This document shows, one piece after another, positions 1 to 10,850 of a stretch of 64,000 bases of DNA. The notes under the pieces are model-generated. The model was not told where the DNA came from, made no database searches, and saw only the letters and a program-made list of their open reading frames with translations. Source of the DNA: Heteronotia binoei. Taxonomy: Eukaryota. Made by a program: the position numbers and the translations under genes. The stretch is from the NCBI RefSeq assembly GCF_032191835.1, contig NC_083234.1:17670001-17734000 (forward strand). The letters are read 5' to 3'. Each line of letters begins with the position of its first letter. Position 1 is the stretch's first letter.

Positions 1-779
1 GGACAACTGGAGGAAAGCGGGATATTTTTTTAAAAAAATGCATAAGCACCCTGGATGATTAATACAGAGTTGGGGCAAATCTCTCTCTCCTCTTCTGTCT
101 CCCCCCCCCACCCCGGAAACTCACTCACTCTTTTTTTGTTTCCCTCCCCCCCTTCCTCCCATTCCCTTCTTTCTGCCTAGTTGCTTTTAATTAAGCAGCA
201 GTAGAGAGAAGCCAGCTGGGCTGTCTGGGCCCAGAGAAGCCAAGGCAGCAGAAAGGAGGGTGGCCGCTGCTTTTGCTTCCCCCGCAGTAGCTCGGAGCCC
301 CGAGCGATGCTTTTGGGGACTCTGCTCCAGAATCCTCAGCGGGGGAAGTGGCTGTCATTCGCTCACGCTCATGTGCTAAACCTCTCTGGACATCTGCGTT
401 CCGGGAGAGCTGGGAAGATGGAAATGAGATCTGACGTAATGGTGGGGGGGGAATGGGACCGTCCTACCTAGTCGTTGTTCTGAGTTCCCGTGTGGCCCAG
501 GGCGGGGGCCTTGAATCCAGGGCCATCTCTGGACAGACCTGAAAGCCAAAACATTGGGTTGATGCTGGCGCCCCTCCCCCCTGCATTTAGTGGGCAGGAT
601 TTCTGAATGTTTGCAGGAGGTCTTTCTCTTTGCCAACCCGAAATGGGAGAAAAGAGGACTAGTCTGGGTTGGGAAATACGGGGAGATTTTGGGGGTGGAG
701 CCTGAGGAGAGTGGAGTTTGGGGAGGGACCTTGGCGGAGTTTGATGTCATACAGTTCATCCGGGAGCACAAACAACTTG

Positions 780-1287
780 GACTGCAGGATGCTGCAGTGT
801 CTGCCGGTGGTATACCGGATTCACTGCAAGGTGCTGGTTGTTACCTTTAAAGCCCTATATGACCAAGGACCTGCCTACCTTAGGGACCGTCTCTCCCCAC
901 ATATTCCCCAGAGAGTACTTAGATCAGGCACACACAATCTATTATCGCTCCCCAGGCCGAGGGAGGCAAGACTGAAAACAATTAGGGGAAGAGCCTTCTC
1001 CATCACTGCCCCCCGTTGGTGGAACCAACTGCCCGAAGAGGTCAGATCCTTGTGGGACCTTGCCCAGTTCCGCAAGGCTGACAAGACAATATTATTTCAG
1101 TTAGCTTTTAATTGAAGGATTACCACCGCGATATTAGATCCAATTGGATGTCCAAGGACACTGAATGCCGTCCTTAAATCATACGGAATTAGCACCAAAA
1201 TATTTAAACTGTTTTTATTGTTATTCTATTATGTTTTGTGAGCCTGCTTCTGCGGGGAGGGCAGGATATAAACAAACTAAACTAAAC
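780..1287 (+). mobile_element. L2 LINE 3' end (RT C-terminus, 3' UTR, tail)
   Basis: LPVVYRIHCKVLVVTFKALYDQGPAYLRDRL...RAFSITAPRWWNQLPEEVR is the typical L2-clade ORF2 end; tail gggcaggatataaac(aaact)n. Confidence 0.85.
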
Positions 1288-1890
1288 TTCCAAAGCAGCT
1301 ATTTTCTCCAGGGGAACTAATGTTTGTCACCTGGCGACCAGTTGTAATTCCAGGAGATCTCCAGCCGCCTCCTGGAGTTGAGAATTCTAGGGAAGAGCGT
1401 GGCTTAGTTGACATTGTCTGATAGAGGACCTTGTCCCATCGGGGCTGCCATAGGTCAAGCATCAACCACACTGTGCCCCGATGACCTCTGTATGGTTTGT
1501 TATTCCCTCGACCCAGATTGAGGGTTGTTTCAGTCAAAATTCACTGCATGGTGAAGTCCGCTTTATAGCAGCCGACACCGGGTGTGCGATTGTGGTGCCG
1601 GTCTTGCGAATTCACCAGCATGTGTTTATACTGGCGGCATCCCCTCTTTTTGCCCTCGATCTCCCTATCCACTTTCATTCAAGGTATAGTAAAAAGTTGG
1701 GGGCGCAGTTAAGGGGGGAAAAAAATGTTTTCAAGGTTTTAGAAACTGAGTCATTCCATTCTAGAATTTCCCTTTAATATGCAGAGGTGGGTCAAGCGCT
1801 CCCCCAAGCTCGTCTTGTAATCGGCCCCCGATAAACTGACCTGCTCGCTATTAAATTGCTGCATAGTGCATTATAAACAATTTGGGAGGG

Positions 1891-2247
1891 CAGCGCCGGA
1901 TTCAACCCTGCAGAGGCCCCTAGGCGGTCGAAATCTTGGGCGGCCCCTCACAATTTCTCAGAGTCTGTGCACCCGCCCCGCTGCCCATGGACCCCGCTGC
2001 AGCCTTCTTGAAAGCCCCTTTTACTAAGCTGTGGGGGAGACGCAGAGAGAGGCAAATTTGATAACAAAGCCAGCAGCAGCTGTACGAGGCAAGCTGGGCA
2101 AAGTGTGGCTCAGTTGCTGGCTGCACGTACAGGCTGGGAGGGCTGCAAGCAGGGGGGAAACCAGGGGGGAAAGCCAGTCTGGGGCCCCTAAAGGCTTGGG
2201 GGCCCATAGGCCAGTGCCTACTTGGCCTAATTGTTAATCTGGCCCTG
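1891..2247. mobile_element. Non-autonomous hAT-type DNA transposon
   Basis: TIRs cagcgccggatt / aatctggccctg; perfect 8-bp TSD tgggaggg. Confidence 0.8.
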
Positions 2248-2733
2248 TGGGAGGGGCTCCAATGATGTTATCAGATTCACCAGGGGAGTTCCCGAAGATT
2301 CCGGCCCTCCACAATTTCTTTTTGTTATACTGGTGGTGATGGTGGTGGATGAGCCAGCCAGCCAGCCAGCCAAGCAGAAGGAGTAGGGGAGAGGAAGGAA
2401 AAACAGATTGTCCCCCTGTTCTCTTTCCTGGCATCTTCCCTGTTGCATTATCGACTGAGGTGCCTGGTGCATGCTGGGGAGTGTAGTTCTCCAAACTCTT
2501 GATGTTAGACTGTCTGAAGGCTTCCAACAGGTAAGCTGTACTTCAGGTTCTCTAGATGCGGAACGTACTGAGAGTAAATTTGGATGGCGTTATTTTTATG
2601 TGGTTGATAACCCTCAGTAAAGGAGCAGGAAGCCTTCTGTAATTTGTTGAGGAATTCATTGATTTTTGCGCAGGGTTGGTTTCCATAATGAAATGCAGTT
2701 ATCTGGCAAACAGAGTGGCCTTGGCTTTAGATC

Positions 2734-3360
2734 GTCAAACTCATTTGTTATGAGGGCCAGATCTGACATAAATGAGACCTTGTCGGGCCAGGCCATGTTG
2801 GGCTGGGTCATGTGTGTACTTATTTAAGATTAGGTAGCAGAAATATAAACTTTATAAGGGACACAGACAAACACAATTAAAGATTTTTTTTAAAAAAAAC
2901 TTAAAATAAAACATGCTCAAAATATTAGCACTTGTTGGTCTTAAAGGTGCTTTCTTTGTATTTCTCCTATGGGATCCAGGGAGCTGGGCAGAGGAAGCCC
3001 TGGCTCTTTCCTTCCCCAGGGGACCAGGAAGGGGAGGAGCCTCAGCCAATAGGAGCCTTAGCCTCAGCACAGCCTCATCCTCAGCTTGGATCAGTAGCTC
3101 TGCTGTGCGATTGAGAGAGCCTGGCAAAGCAAACTATCCCTCCCCCCCTTTCTCCCCAAGGGAGGAGCCTCAGCCAATGGAGAAGATAGCTTTGCTCTGT
3201 AGCTCCTGTGCTATTGAGCAAGCTTTGCAAAGCAAACTGTGATGCAGAAGGAAGCAAGAGAGAGGGAGAAGAAAGCAGATGACAGCCAGTTGCTTGGGGG
3301 CCTGCTAGGAGCCCTCTGGGGGCCTGATTTGGCCCCCAGGCCACATGTTTGACACCCCTG
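2734..3360. mobile_element. hAT (Charlie-like) non-autonomous element; related inverted partial copy at ~17070-17393
   Basis: Ends gtcaaactc... and ...gtttgacacccctg; internal sequence recurs reverse-complemented near 17.1-17.4 kb. Confidence 0.7.
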
Positions 3361-4160
3361 CCTTATGGGGGGGTCCTCATAAGTTGGCTACAACCTGCTG
3401 GTGCTTTCCATCGCTATACAAAGGTGTGCTGCCTCTGAACACACGGGTTCCATTTAGTTACCATGGTAACTGTGATAACGGTGTCTTCCATGCATATATT
3501 TGAACTCACACCAGGATACGAAGCTGCCGAGGAGCTCTGCACAAAACTGACCTTACACAGCCCTTTCTGAAACAATTTGCTTAAACACATCCAAACACAC
3601 AAACAACTCCCCTGAAATCTATTTATTCGCTTAAGAGCCTCCAAAAAGCTTACCAGGATTGAGGGAAACGCAGGTTGGGTGCGATAATGTTGCTGTCACT
3701 CAAACCATCATCTTTGAGGAAGGGAAACCTACTTGGTGCGTCTTCAGCTAACAGCTGGTGAGCTGAGTGGGGGGCTGCAAGTCCCTCCGCGGTTCCTGTC
3801 TGCAGTACATACATATTCATTCAGACTTTACTAGAGCAGTTAAGGTTTGAGCAATTCTTTGTTCATTCCGCTTTGGAGAGATTTATGAGCATCGAGCTTC
3901 CTATTAAGTGAGCCTGATGCATAAATTTTACTTCCGTTTGTATGAGCTCCTACTCAGCAGAAATTGGGTACGAGGCTGTGACTCAGAGGTGAAGCACGTG
4001 GCTTGCATGCAGAAGGCTGCAGTTTCAGCTCTTAGCATCTCCCGTCCGAGGCTCAGAGAACAGATGTTGGGAAAAAGCTCTCTGCTGGAGACTGGAAAGC
4101 TGCTGGCCAGGCTAATAGCGAGCCCATGGATCGATAGTCTGATCTCATACAAGGCAGCTT

Positions 4161-4279
4161 TGTATGCACAGATATATCAATCAATTTATTTATTCGGCCA
4201 GTGACGGGTATGAGTCGGAATCAAAAGCTATACAGTAAAATCATTTGGGAATAAAATTCGTCCGGCCAATGTATGCACA
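4161..4279 (-). mobile_element. Short 5'-truncated retroposon of unassigned family with 10-bp TSD
   Basis: tgtatgcaca at 4161-4170 and 4270-4279 flanks 99 bp ending (minus strand) in tggccgaataaataaattgattga. Confidence 0.6.
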
Positions 4280-5210
4280 CATACACAAGTTACCATTTGT
4301 GTGTGTGCAGAGAATATAAGCAGTATTGCAAAGTAAGATTAGGTTTGGGCATTATTTCTGATGGAATGACATCCAGGATGGAATAAGACATTTTGCAGAA
4401 TGAGGAGGGGGTGGAGAACTGAAATATATGTGCATGGCTACAGTTTGCATAACATCTGGAAAAGGGAGGTTCCCCCCCAATAATTTTTATTGGTCTTTTT
4501 GTTATGTAGCAATACAAACTTATGTATTATTTAACAGTATTAACAAATAAATACTTTTCCATGTCACTGTTGTCAGACTTATTTGTACAAGTAAATAACT
4601 ACATACATTTACCATAAATGAACAGCTTCTATAACACTAGGTGTCTCTGATCTTTCTTGTAGGCTGGAAAAGGGAGTTTATAAGAACCACTATGTTGGTA
4701 TATTGTGACCATATGGTTTAAATTTATAGGTGATCGAGGAGCAGCACACGCATCACTTTATGCCTGTAATAATGCTGGCCGGACTTACAGGGTGGTTGTG
4801 AAGATTATTGAATGAGTGGTCCTGAAAAAGCAGGTTCTAAAGCACAATAGAAATGAAATGTTTTATTATTGAGTAATAGGACACAACAGTTTTGGACTAT
4901 GCCTGACTAAATCCCTGAGTTGAAGATTTGGTTGGAACTGTAGATTCCTGTTAAGGAAAACCCCTCCATCCTGGGTTTTGCTTCAGCCAATGGGCTGTGG
5001 TTCAGTGGTGGAACATCAGCTTGGCATGCAGAAGGTCCCAGGTTCAATTCCCAGCACCTCCAGTTTAAGGGATCAGGAAGGGAGGAGGTGATGTGAAAGA
5101 CCTTTGCCTGAGACCCTGGAAAGTGGCTGCCAGTCTAAGTAGGCCTTGATGATGGTAGTTTTCATCATCTATGTGGCTTTGGAGATGATGGCAGCTTTCA
5201 TCATCTGCAT

Positions 5211-5808
5211 GGGAAAAATCCAGAAAAGGGCAACTAGAATGATTAAAGGGTTGGAACACTTTCCCTATAAAGAAAGGTTAAAACGCTTGGGGCTCTTTAG
5301 CTTGGAGAAACGTCGACTGAGGGGTGACATGATAGAGATTTACAAGATTACGTATGGGATAGAGAAGGTAAAGAAAGAAGTACTTTTCTACGTTTCTCAC
5401 AATACAAGAACTCGTGGGCACTCAATGAAATTGCTGAGCAGTCAGGTTAGAACGGATAAAAGGAAGTCCTTCTTCACCCAAAGGGTGATTAACACGTGGA
5501 ATTCACTGCCACAGGAGGTGGTAGTGGCTACAAACAAAGCCAGCTTCAAGAGGGGATTGGATAAACATCTGGAGCAGAGGTCCATCAGTGGCAATTAGCC
5601 ACATCGTATTGTTGGAACTCTCTAGGGCAGGTGATGCTCTGTATTCTTGGTGCTTGGGAGAGACAACAGTGTGAAGATTTCTAGTGTCCCGGCCCCACTG
5701 ATGGACCTCCTGATGGCACCTGGGGTTTTTGGCCACTGTGTGACACAGAGTGTTGGAACTGGATGGGCCATTGGCCTGATCCAACATGGCTTCTCTTATG
5801 TTCTTATG
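5211..5808 (+). mobile_element. CR1 LINE 3' fragment nested in a tRNA-derived SINE (~4995-5145 and ~5836-5897)
   Basis: QKRATRMIKGLEHFPYKERLKRLGLFSLEKRRLRGDMIEIYKI...FFTQRVINTWNSLP is CR1 ORF2 C-terminus; tail ttcttatgttcttatg. Confidence 0.92.
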
Positions 5809-6043
5809 ACCTTGGAGTGCCAGCCTGAATGGATAATACTGACATAACACTGATGGACTAATGGTTTGTTTCAGTATTAGGCAGCTTCATGTGTTCACCC
5901 TATCCCCCGCTGGGAGAACTTAGGATAGCTGTGAACGTTTTGTGCTGGTGGTATTATACAGGGTCTACATTGGTTAGTGCTGCTGAGTGAATGCATGATG
6001 CCCTTTGGATCTTTGCTGATGCCATCTTGCCTGCCTTTTCCAG

Positions 6044-6190
6044 GCCGCGCCAGCCTTCATGACAAGGCATCTCTGCGCATCGAGCAGATTCGCTCTGAGG
6101 ACCAGGGCTGGTACGAGTGCAAAGTGCTCATGTTGGATCAGCAGTATGACACTTTCCACAATGGCAGCTGGGTGCATCTCACGGTCAACG
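6044..6190 (+). CDS. IGSF9B: IGSF9B internal exon (~exon 3), C-terminal half of Ig domain 1
   Basis: ttttccag|GC...AACG|gtaagt; encodes (G)RASLHDKASLRIEQIRSEDQGWYECKVLMLDQQYDTFHNGSWVHLTVN, recognised as IGSF9B rather than paralog IGSF9; 147 nt, phase 1-1. Confidence 0.96.
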
Positions 6191-6292
6191 GTAAGTAAAC
6201 TGGTGTCCCGGTTCGAGCTAGCTTCAGACTCTTGGATCCTCTTGCCAAAACCACAGCCATACACACCACTTTGTTCGTAATATATTCATAGC

Positions 6293-6473
6293 CAGGGCTT
6301 TTTTTGTAGCAGGAACTCCTTTGCATATCAGGCCACACCCCTCTGATGTAGCCAATCCTCCTGGAGCTTACAATAGGCCCTGTACTAAGAGCCCAGTAAG
6401 CTCTTGGAGGATTAGCTATATCAGGGGTGTGTGGCCTAATATGCGAAGGAGCTCCTGCTACAAAAAAGCCCTG
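6293..6473. mobile_element. Palindromic hAT MITE (family A)
   Basis: Whole element is an inverted repeat, TIR cagggcttttttt; TSD ttcatagc/ctcatagc; copies at 20264-20447, 43273-43457, variant 59662-59831. Confidence 0.88.
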
Positions 6474-7292
6474 CTCATAGCCAAGGTACATTGAAGGAAT
6501 CTTCTTCTCAGGAGCATCCAACATGGTGAATTGTTCCAAATGGACTTAACCTTAATGCCAACAGCCATCATTTTTATATGCAAGTTTGTGTTTTCTGAGC
6601 TTTGTCTTGCCTCTTATGGGTGAGGAGTTGCAAAATACCAATAATACACTGCTCTGTGTTTTACGTTGGCATTTGAGGCACCTGTGTCTTAGTTGTTAGG
6701 GACTTCTTTGATTCTCCCCTCCCCCCCCGGCTATATTTGAAGGAACCATCTGTTGAGAAGAGGGCCCAGGACCCCCATCTGTTGCTTTCTCAGACAGCAC
6801 TTGTAGCAAACAAAGCTCAGAGGGGCTTCAGAATAGTCTAAATTACAATCTTTTCAAGTTGGCTGGTGAGAGGGAAATAGAGGAATTTACGTCCAAAGGT
6901 ACTAGAAAAAGTATGGTATTCAGAGGAAGCCAGCTAACTGCAGGGGCTTCTCTGGAAAGACGGTAAAAGACAGAAACAGAGAGGATGGATTCTTTACAAA
7001 ATAAGGATTTCTATGCTCTGTATGGAAATTTGTGTTGTTCTCCTGTACTCCCCCCAGCCTGAAGAAACAAATGCCAGTTCAGTAGCACTACGCTGATGTC
7101 TTAACGCTGAATCAAGTTGACATTTGTAGATTAAATCATGGGGACCTGTAATTTTCCTGTAACCCTGCTCCTACATTTCTTAAGTGACCAAGGGAAGCAT
7201 TCATGAACACTGTGATTCAGAACTGCCTTCCATGTACAAACCTGCCTTTCCCATGTAAAAATGTTGACCTCTGTTACTCCTTGAATTGATCA

Positions 7293-8050
7293 TTTTATGT
7301 GTATAAAATGATATATAGATGGTACCTTACCCCTGATAGACTGGCTAAAATATATCCTTCTTACTCTAATAAATGTTGGAAATGCAGTGAAGCTAAAGGA
7401 TCTCTGTTCCATATATGGTGGCAATGTAAAATGGCTAAAAAATATTGGACTCAAGTTAATATTTGGATCCAAAAAATTTTGAAAATACAAGTGAAGCATG
7501 TACCAGAACTGTATCTTATAAACATCTGTAGAGAAAACTTACCGACATCTAAGCTGAAGATTTTATTGTATATAGTGACAATCGCTAGAACTTTGTATGC
7601 TAAGTATTGGAAAGAAGAAAGAACCCCAAATAGAGAGGAATTTATTCACAAATTGCTAGAAATTGCAGAATCTGACTTATTGACCACCAGACTACGAAAT
7701 GGTAGTGTACAGAAGTGTCGGGAGGAATGGGACCCGGTATATATTTGGGTTAAAAGTAGAGGTTTTGATATAGTGTAACTATACCAAGTGCATCAAGTAA
7801 GAGTAATTATGGAGCAATGAAAATGGTCTTTACTATGTTTTTTTTAACCTTCCCTTCTCCCAATGGGGGGTTGTCAGGGTATTGTTTTTTGTTGTAGTTT
7901 TAGTTGTAGATGTTTAGATTGTTTGTTTGGCCTTTTCTGTAGTTGAGCGGTGGTTGTATTTGTGTTGTATTTATGTTGTTCCTATGTTATGCTTTTTATT
8001 TTCTTTTCTGTGCTTAATAAAATTTTAAAACTTTAAAAAAAAAAAAAAAA
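7293..8050 (+). mobile_element. 5'-truncated L1-clade LINE, young
   Basis: Open ORF2 C-terminus with CWKC...HIWWQC zinc knuckle, 3' UTR, AATAAA, poly(A); 10-bp TSD gaattgatca at 7283-7292 and 8051-8060. Confidence 0.92.
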
Positions 8051-8219
8051 GAATTGATCAGCGTTCTCCTGGCAGATCATCTCTGCTGTCATGTGCTAGC
8101 TTGCTTGTCTGATTCGAGTCAGGAACTTAGGTTCTTTTTAACCACAGGAGGTTGAACAGGCAGGTAGTGGAGTGTCTGGAAGGCAGGATGCAGAGTAAAA
8201 GGGGAGTGGAAGGAAGAAT

Positions 8220-8240
8220 TTCAGGACCACGGACAGTTCA
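8220..8240 (+). promoter_or_regulatory. Candidate REST/NRSF binding site (RE1/NRSE)
   Basis: TTCAGGACCACGGACAGTTCA vs consensus TTCAGCACCACGGACAGCGCC: 16/17 core match with canonical spacing. Confidence 0.7.
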
Positions 8241-8306
8241 CAGGCAGTAGACTAGTTATTCCAACAAAAGCTGAAAGAGAGGTGGTAAGGAGCTGAGAGT
8301 TTAGAG

Positions 8307-8648
8307 CAGGGTAGCCAAACTTGCTTAACGTAAGAGCCACATAGAATAAATGTCAAATGTCTGAGAGCTGTAAGACATGNNNNNNNNNNNNNNNNNNNNN
8401 NNNNNNNNNNNNNNNNNNNNNNNNNNNNNNNNNNNNNNNNNNNNNNNNNNNNNNNNNNNNNNNNNNNNNNNNNNNNNNNNNNNNNNNNNNNNNNNNNNNN
8501 NNNNNNNNNNGAGGTGGAAAGAAAGCAACTTTAATTTTAAATGCATTCTCCAATCTGCCAGCCAACAGGACAGTGGGGGCTTCAAGAGCCACACAATATG
8601 TGTGAAAGAGCCACATGTGGCTCCCAAGCCACAGTTTGGCCACCCCTG
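8307..8648. mobile_element. hAT-Charlie-like non-autonomous element (family B), spans an N gap
   Basis: TIR cagggg(t)ggccaaact-like; perfect TSD gtttagag; copies at 10303-10637, 18437-18821, 42357-42650, 44548-44830. Confidence 0.88.
8380..8510. other. Assembly gap (Ns)
   Basis: Run of N. Confidence 1.
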
Positions 8649-8777
8649 GTTTAGAGCTTTATGATCCATTGAAAGGGGCAGGCGGTTTATTATCACATAT
8701 GTTGTATTGCCTTAAATTCGCCTTGTAAGAAGTGGTGATTCAGACGCTGGCAGACTTGAAATTAGTGTTGGGGCCCA

Positions 8778-8950
8778 GCGTTCCCTCTAAACTTGAGTTA
8801 GCATGAGCTAGCTCACAAATTTTTGTTTTAGCTCAGGAAAAAATGGCTCCAGAGCAAACTAATCTATGCAGTAGCTCATAACCTTGATGTCAGTAGCTCA
8901 CAAAGCAGAATTTTTGCTCACAAGACTCCACAGTTTAGAGGGAGTATTGG
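8778..8950. mobile_element. hAT-type MITE; inverted copy at ~41630-41817
   Basis: TIRs cagcgttccctctaa / ttagagggagtattg; shared internal gagctagctcaca motifs. Confidence 0.7.
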
Positions 8951-9048
8951 TTGGGCCAGTGCAAATTGTGCATCCATTCTGGAAATGCGAATAGTAGAAG
9001 CTAGCCAAAGCATGAGTAGAAGAAAGGGCTAACCCTTGGGAATGTAGA

Positions 9049-9235
9049 TAGACCCAAGTGGGCAGCCATGTTGGTCTGAAGCAGTAGAACAAAGTAGGAG
9101 TCAAGTGGCACCTTTTAAGACCAACGGAGTTTTATTCAGAATGTAAACTTTCGTGTGTGCTTGCACACTTCATCAGACGAGGAATCAGGTACAGTGAGCA
9201 GAGCTACATATAGCTGGTAGACGGTGGTTTAGAAA
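9049..9235 (-). mobile_element. Penelope-like element terminal-repeat fragment with hammerhead-like core
   Basis: Minus strand reads CTGATGAagtgtgcaagcacacacGAAAgtttacattctgaataaaactc...ttggtcttaaaaggtgcc, the typical PLE end I recall from reptile genomes. Confidence 0.7.
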
Positions 9236-9320
9236 GCAAAATGATACAAATTTAAAATCCAGTGGCAGAATACTAAAATTAACAAATGTAGTAAGGATGT
9301 AGGGGTGTTAGAAAGTCTCA

Positions 9321-9520
9321 TCAAGTTGCAGCCGTCTTATGGTGACCTCATAAGGTTTCTGAGACAAGAGATGTTCAGAGGTGGTTTGCTATTGCCTGCC
9401 TCTGCATAGCAACCCGGGACTTCCTTGGTGGCCTCTCACCCAAATACTGACCAGGGCCAACCCTGCTTAGCATATGAGATCTGATGAGATTGGGCTAGCC
9501 TGGGCCATCCGGGTCAGGGC
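9321..9520 (-). mobile_element. 5S rRNA-derived SINE (5S-Sauria-like); another copy at ~62005-62200 (+)
   Basis: Minus strand matches 5S rRNA (gcccaatctcatcagatctc...gctaagcaggg...agtatttgg) followed by a Sauria/BovB-type tail (gcaatagcaaaccacctctg). Confidence 0.8.
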
Positions 9521-10264
9521 GAGGTTGTAGTAAGGGAGTTTTAACAGACAGAAGGGGTGAACAAGTACCATCTCCTGGGCCACAAATTGGTATCATCAGG
9601 TCTGCCACTTGGTTCTTCACTGGCCGAGCTCAGAAGTACTGCTGGAAGTCCAATTCGGACAGAGGAAGCTACTGAAACACCCCTCATGTGGTCTTTAAAG
9701 TGGTGATCCTCCAGGTAAATTGTTGTAGACAAGGGGTAGACATGTTTGCCTGGCTTCTATCCCTTTGCATCTTACCAGCCATTCCAATGGAGCTAGGAAC
9801 ATTTTCCCCCCAATGTCTTTCCAGGTACCAGTTAGCTCTTTCAACTAAGGAGGGCTGCCGTCAGATGTAAGTTCTTGACAAGCTTTTGCCAATGTTTCGG
9901 GGAGATCAGAGAGGCTAAAGGAGGACAGAATGTTAGAGAAGAGCAGAGAGGGAAAGTTGGCGATCTCATTAAGTGGCTCTCTGTGTCTTATTTGAGGACA
10001 CTGGCTGGGAGATGGGGGGGAGGAGACCTTCAGGAGAATGAGCAACTTGGCCTCGTTAACTTTTAATAAGAGCTTTGCACTCAGCGGAGCATCCTGTAAT
10101 GTGCGTTTCTGGAAGGATTAGGCATGTTCACTGAGCCAGACTCTGCTCCTCTTTGCGGTGGCTTAAGGCCTGTGCAGATGCAATCCTTGAGAGGCACGGG
10201 GCCGGCTTTAGAGCAAGGCTCCTAAGGACATCACAAGGGCTCTGTTTTGGATCTGATAGAGCAA

Positions 10265-10850
10265 AGCCAGTGTGGTTTAGTGGTTAGAGTATCAGACTAG
10301 GACGGGGTGGCCAAACTTGCTTAATGAAAGAGCCACATAGAATAAATGTCAGATGTCTGAGAGCCCCAAGACATGAAAGTCAGATGTTTGAGAGCCTCAA
10401 GACAGGAAGGAAGGGAGGCAGGCAGGCAAATAGATGAGGGAGGGAGAAAGGAGAGTTGGAAAGAAAGCAACTTTAAATGCATTTTCCAAGCCTCTGGCTG
10501 GCTTGGCTTAGAGAAGTGATTTAAAGAGAGAAATGGCTTCTTCAAGCCGGCCAATGGGACAGTAGGGGCTTCAAGAACCACACAATATGTGTGAAAGAGC
10601 CACACGTGGCTCCTGAGCCGCAGTTTGGCCACCCCTGGACTAGGATCTGGGAAACCCAGGTTTGAATCCCTACTCTGCCATGGAAGCTGGCTGGGTGGCT
10701 TTGGGCCAGTCGCACACACTCTCAGCCTAACCCTACCTTGCAGGGCTGTTGTGAGGATAAAACAGAGAAGGGGAAAAGGACACAAGCCGCTTCGGGTTCC
10801 CATTGGGGAGAAAAGTGGAGAGTGAGTAAAGTAAATGAATAACAGCAAAT
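10265..10850 (+). mobile_element. MIR-like tRNA-derived SINE interrupted by a family B hAT (10303-10637, TSD gactagga)
   Basis: A-box gtggtttagtggttagag, B-box ggtttgaatccc; SINE sequence resumes after the TSD. Confidence 0.8.

Noticed and set aside
1481-1777. ORF as missing IGSF9B exon 2 or a separate gene
   Set aside because: No frame resembles the expected Ig1 N-half; that exon is probably upstream of the window.
9400-9520. 5S rRNA gene
   Set aside because: Diverged, fused to a Sauria-type tail and multi-copy, so it is a SINE head.
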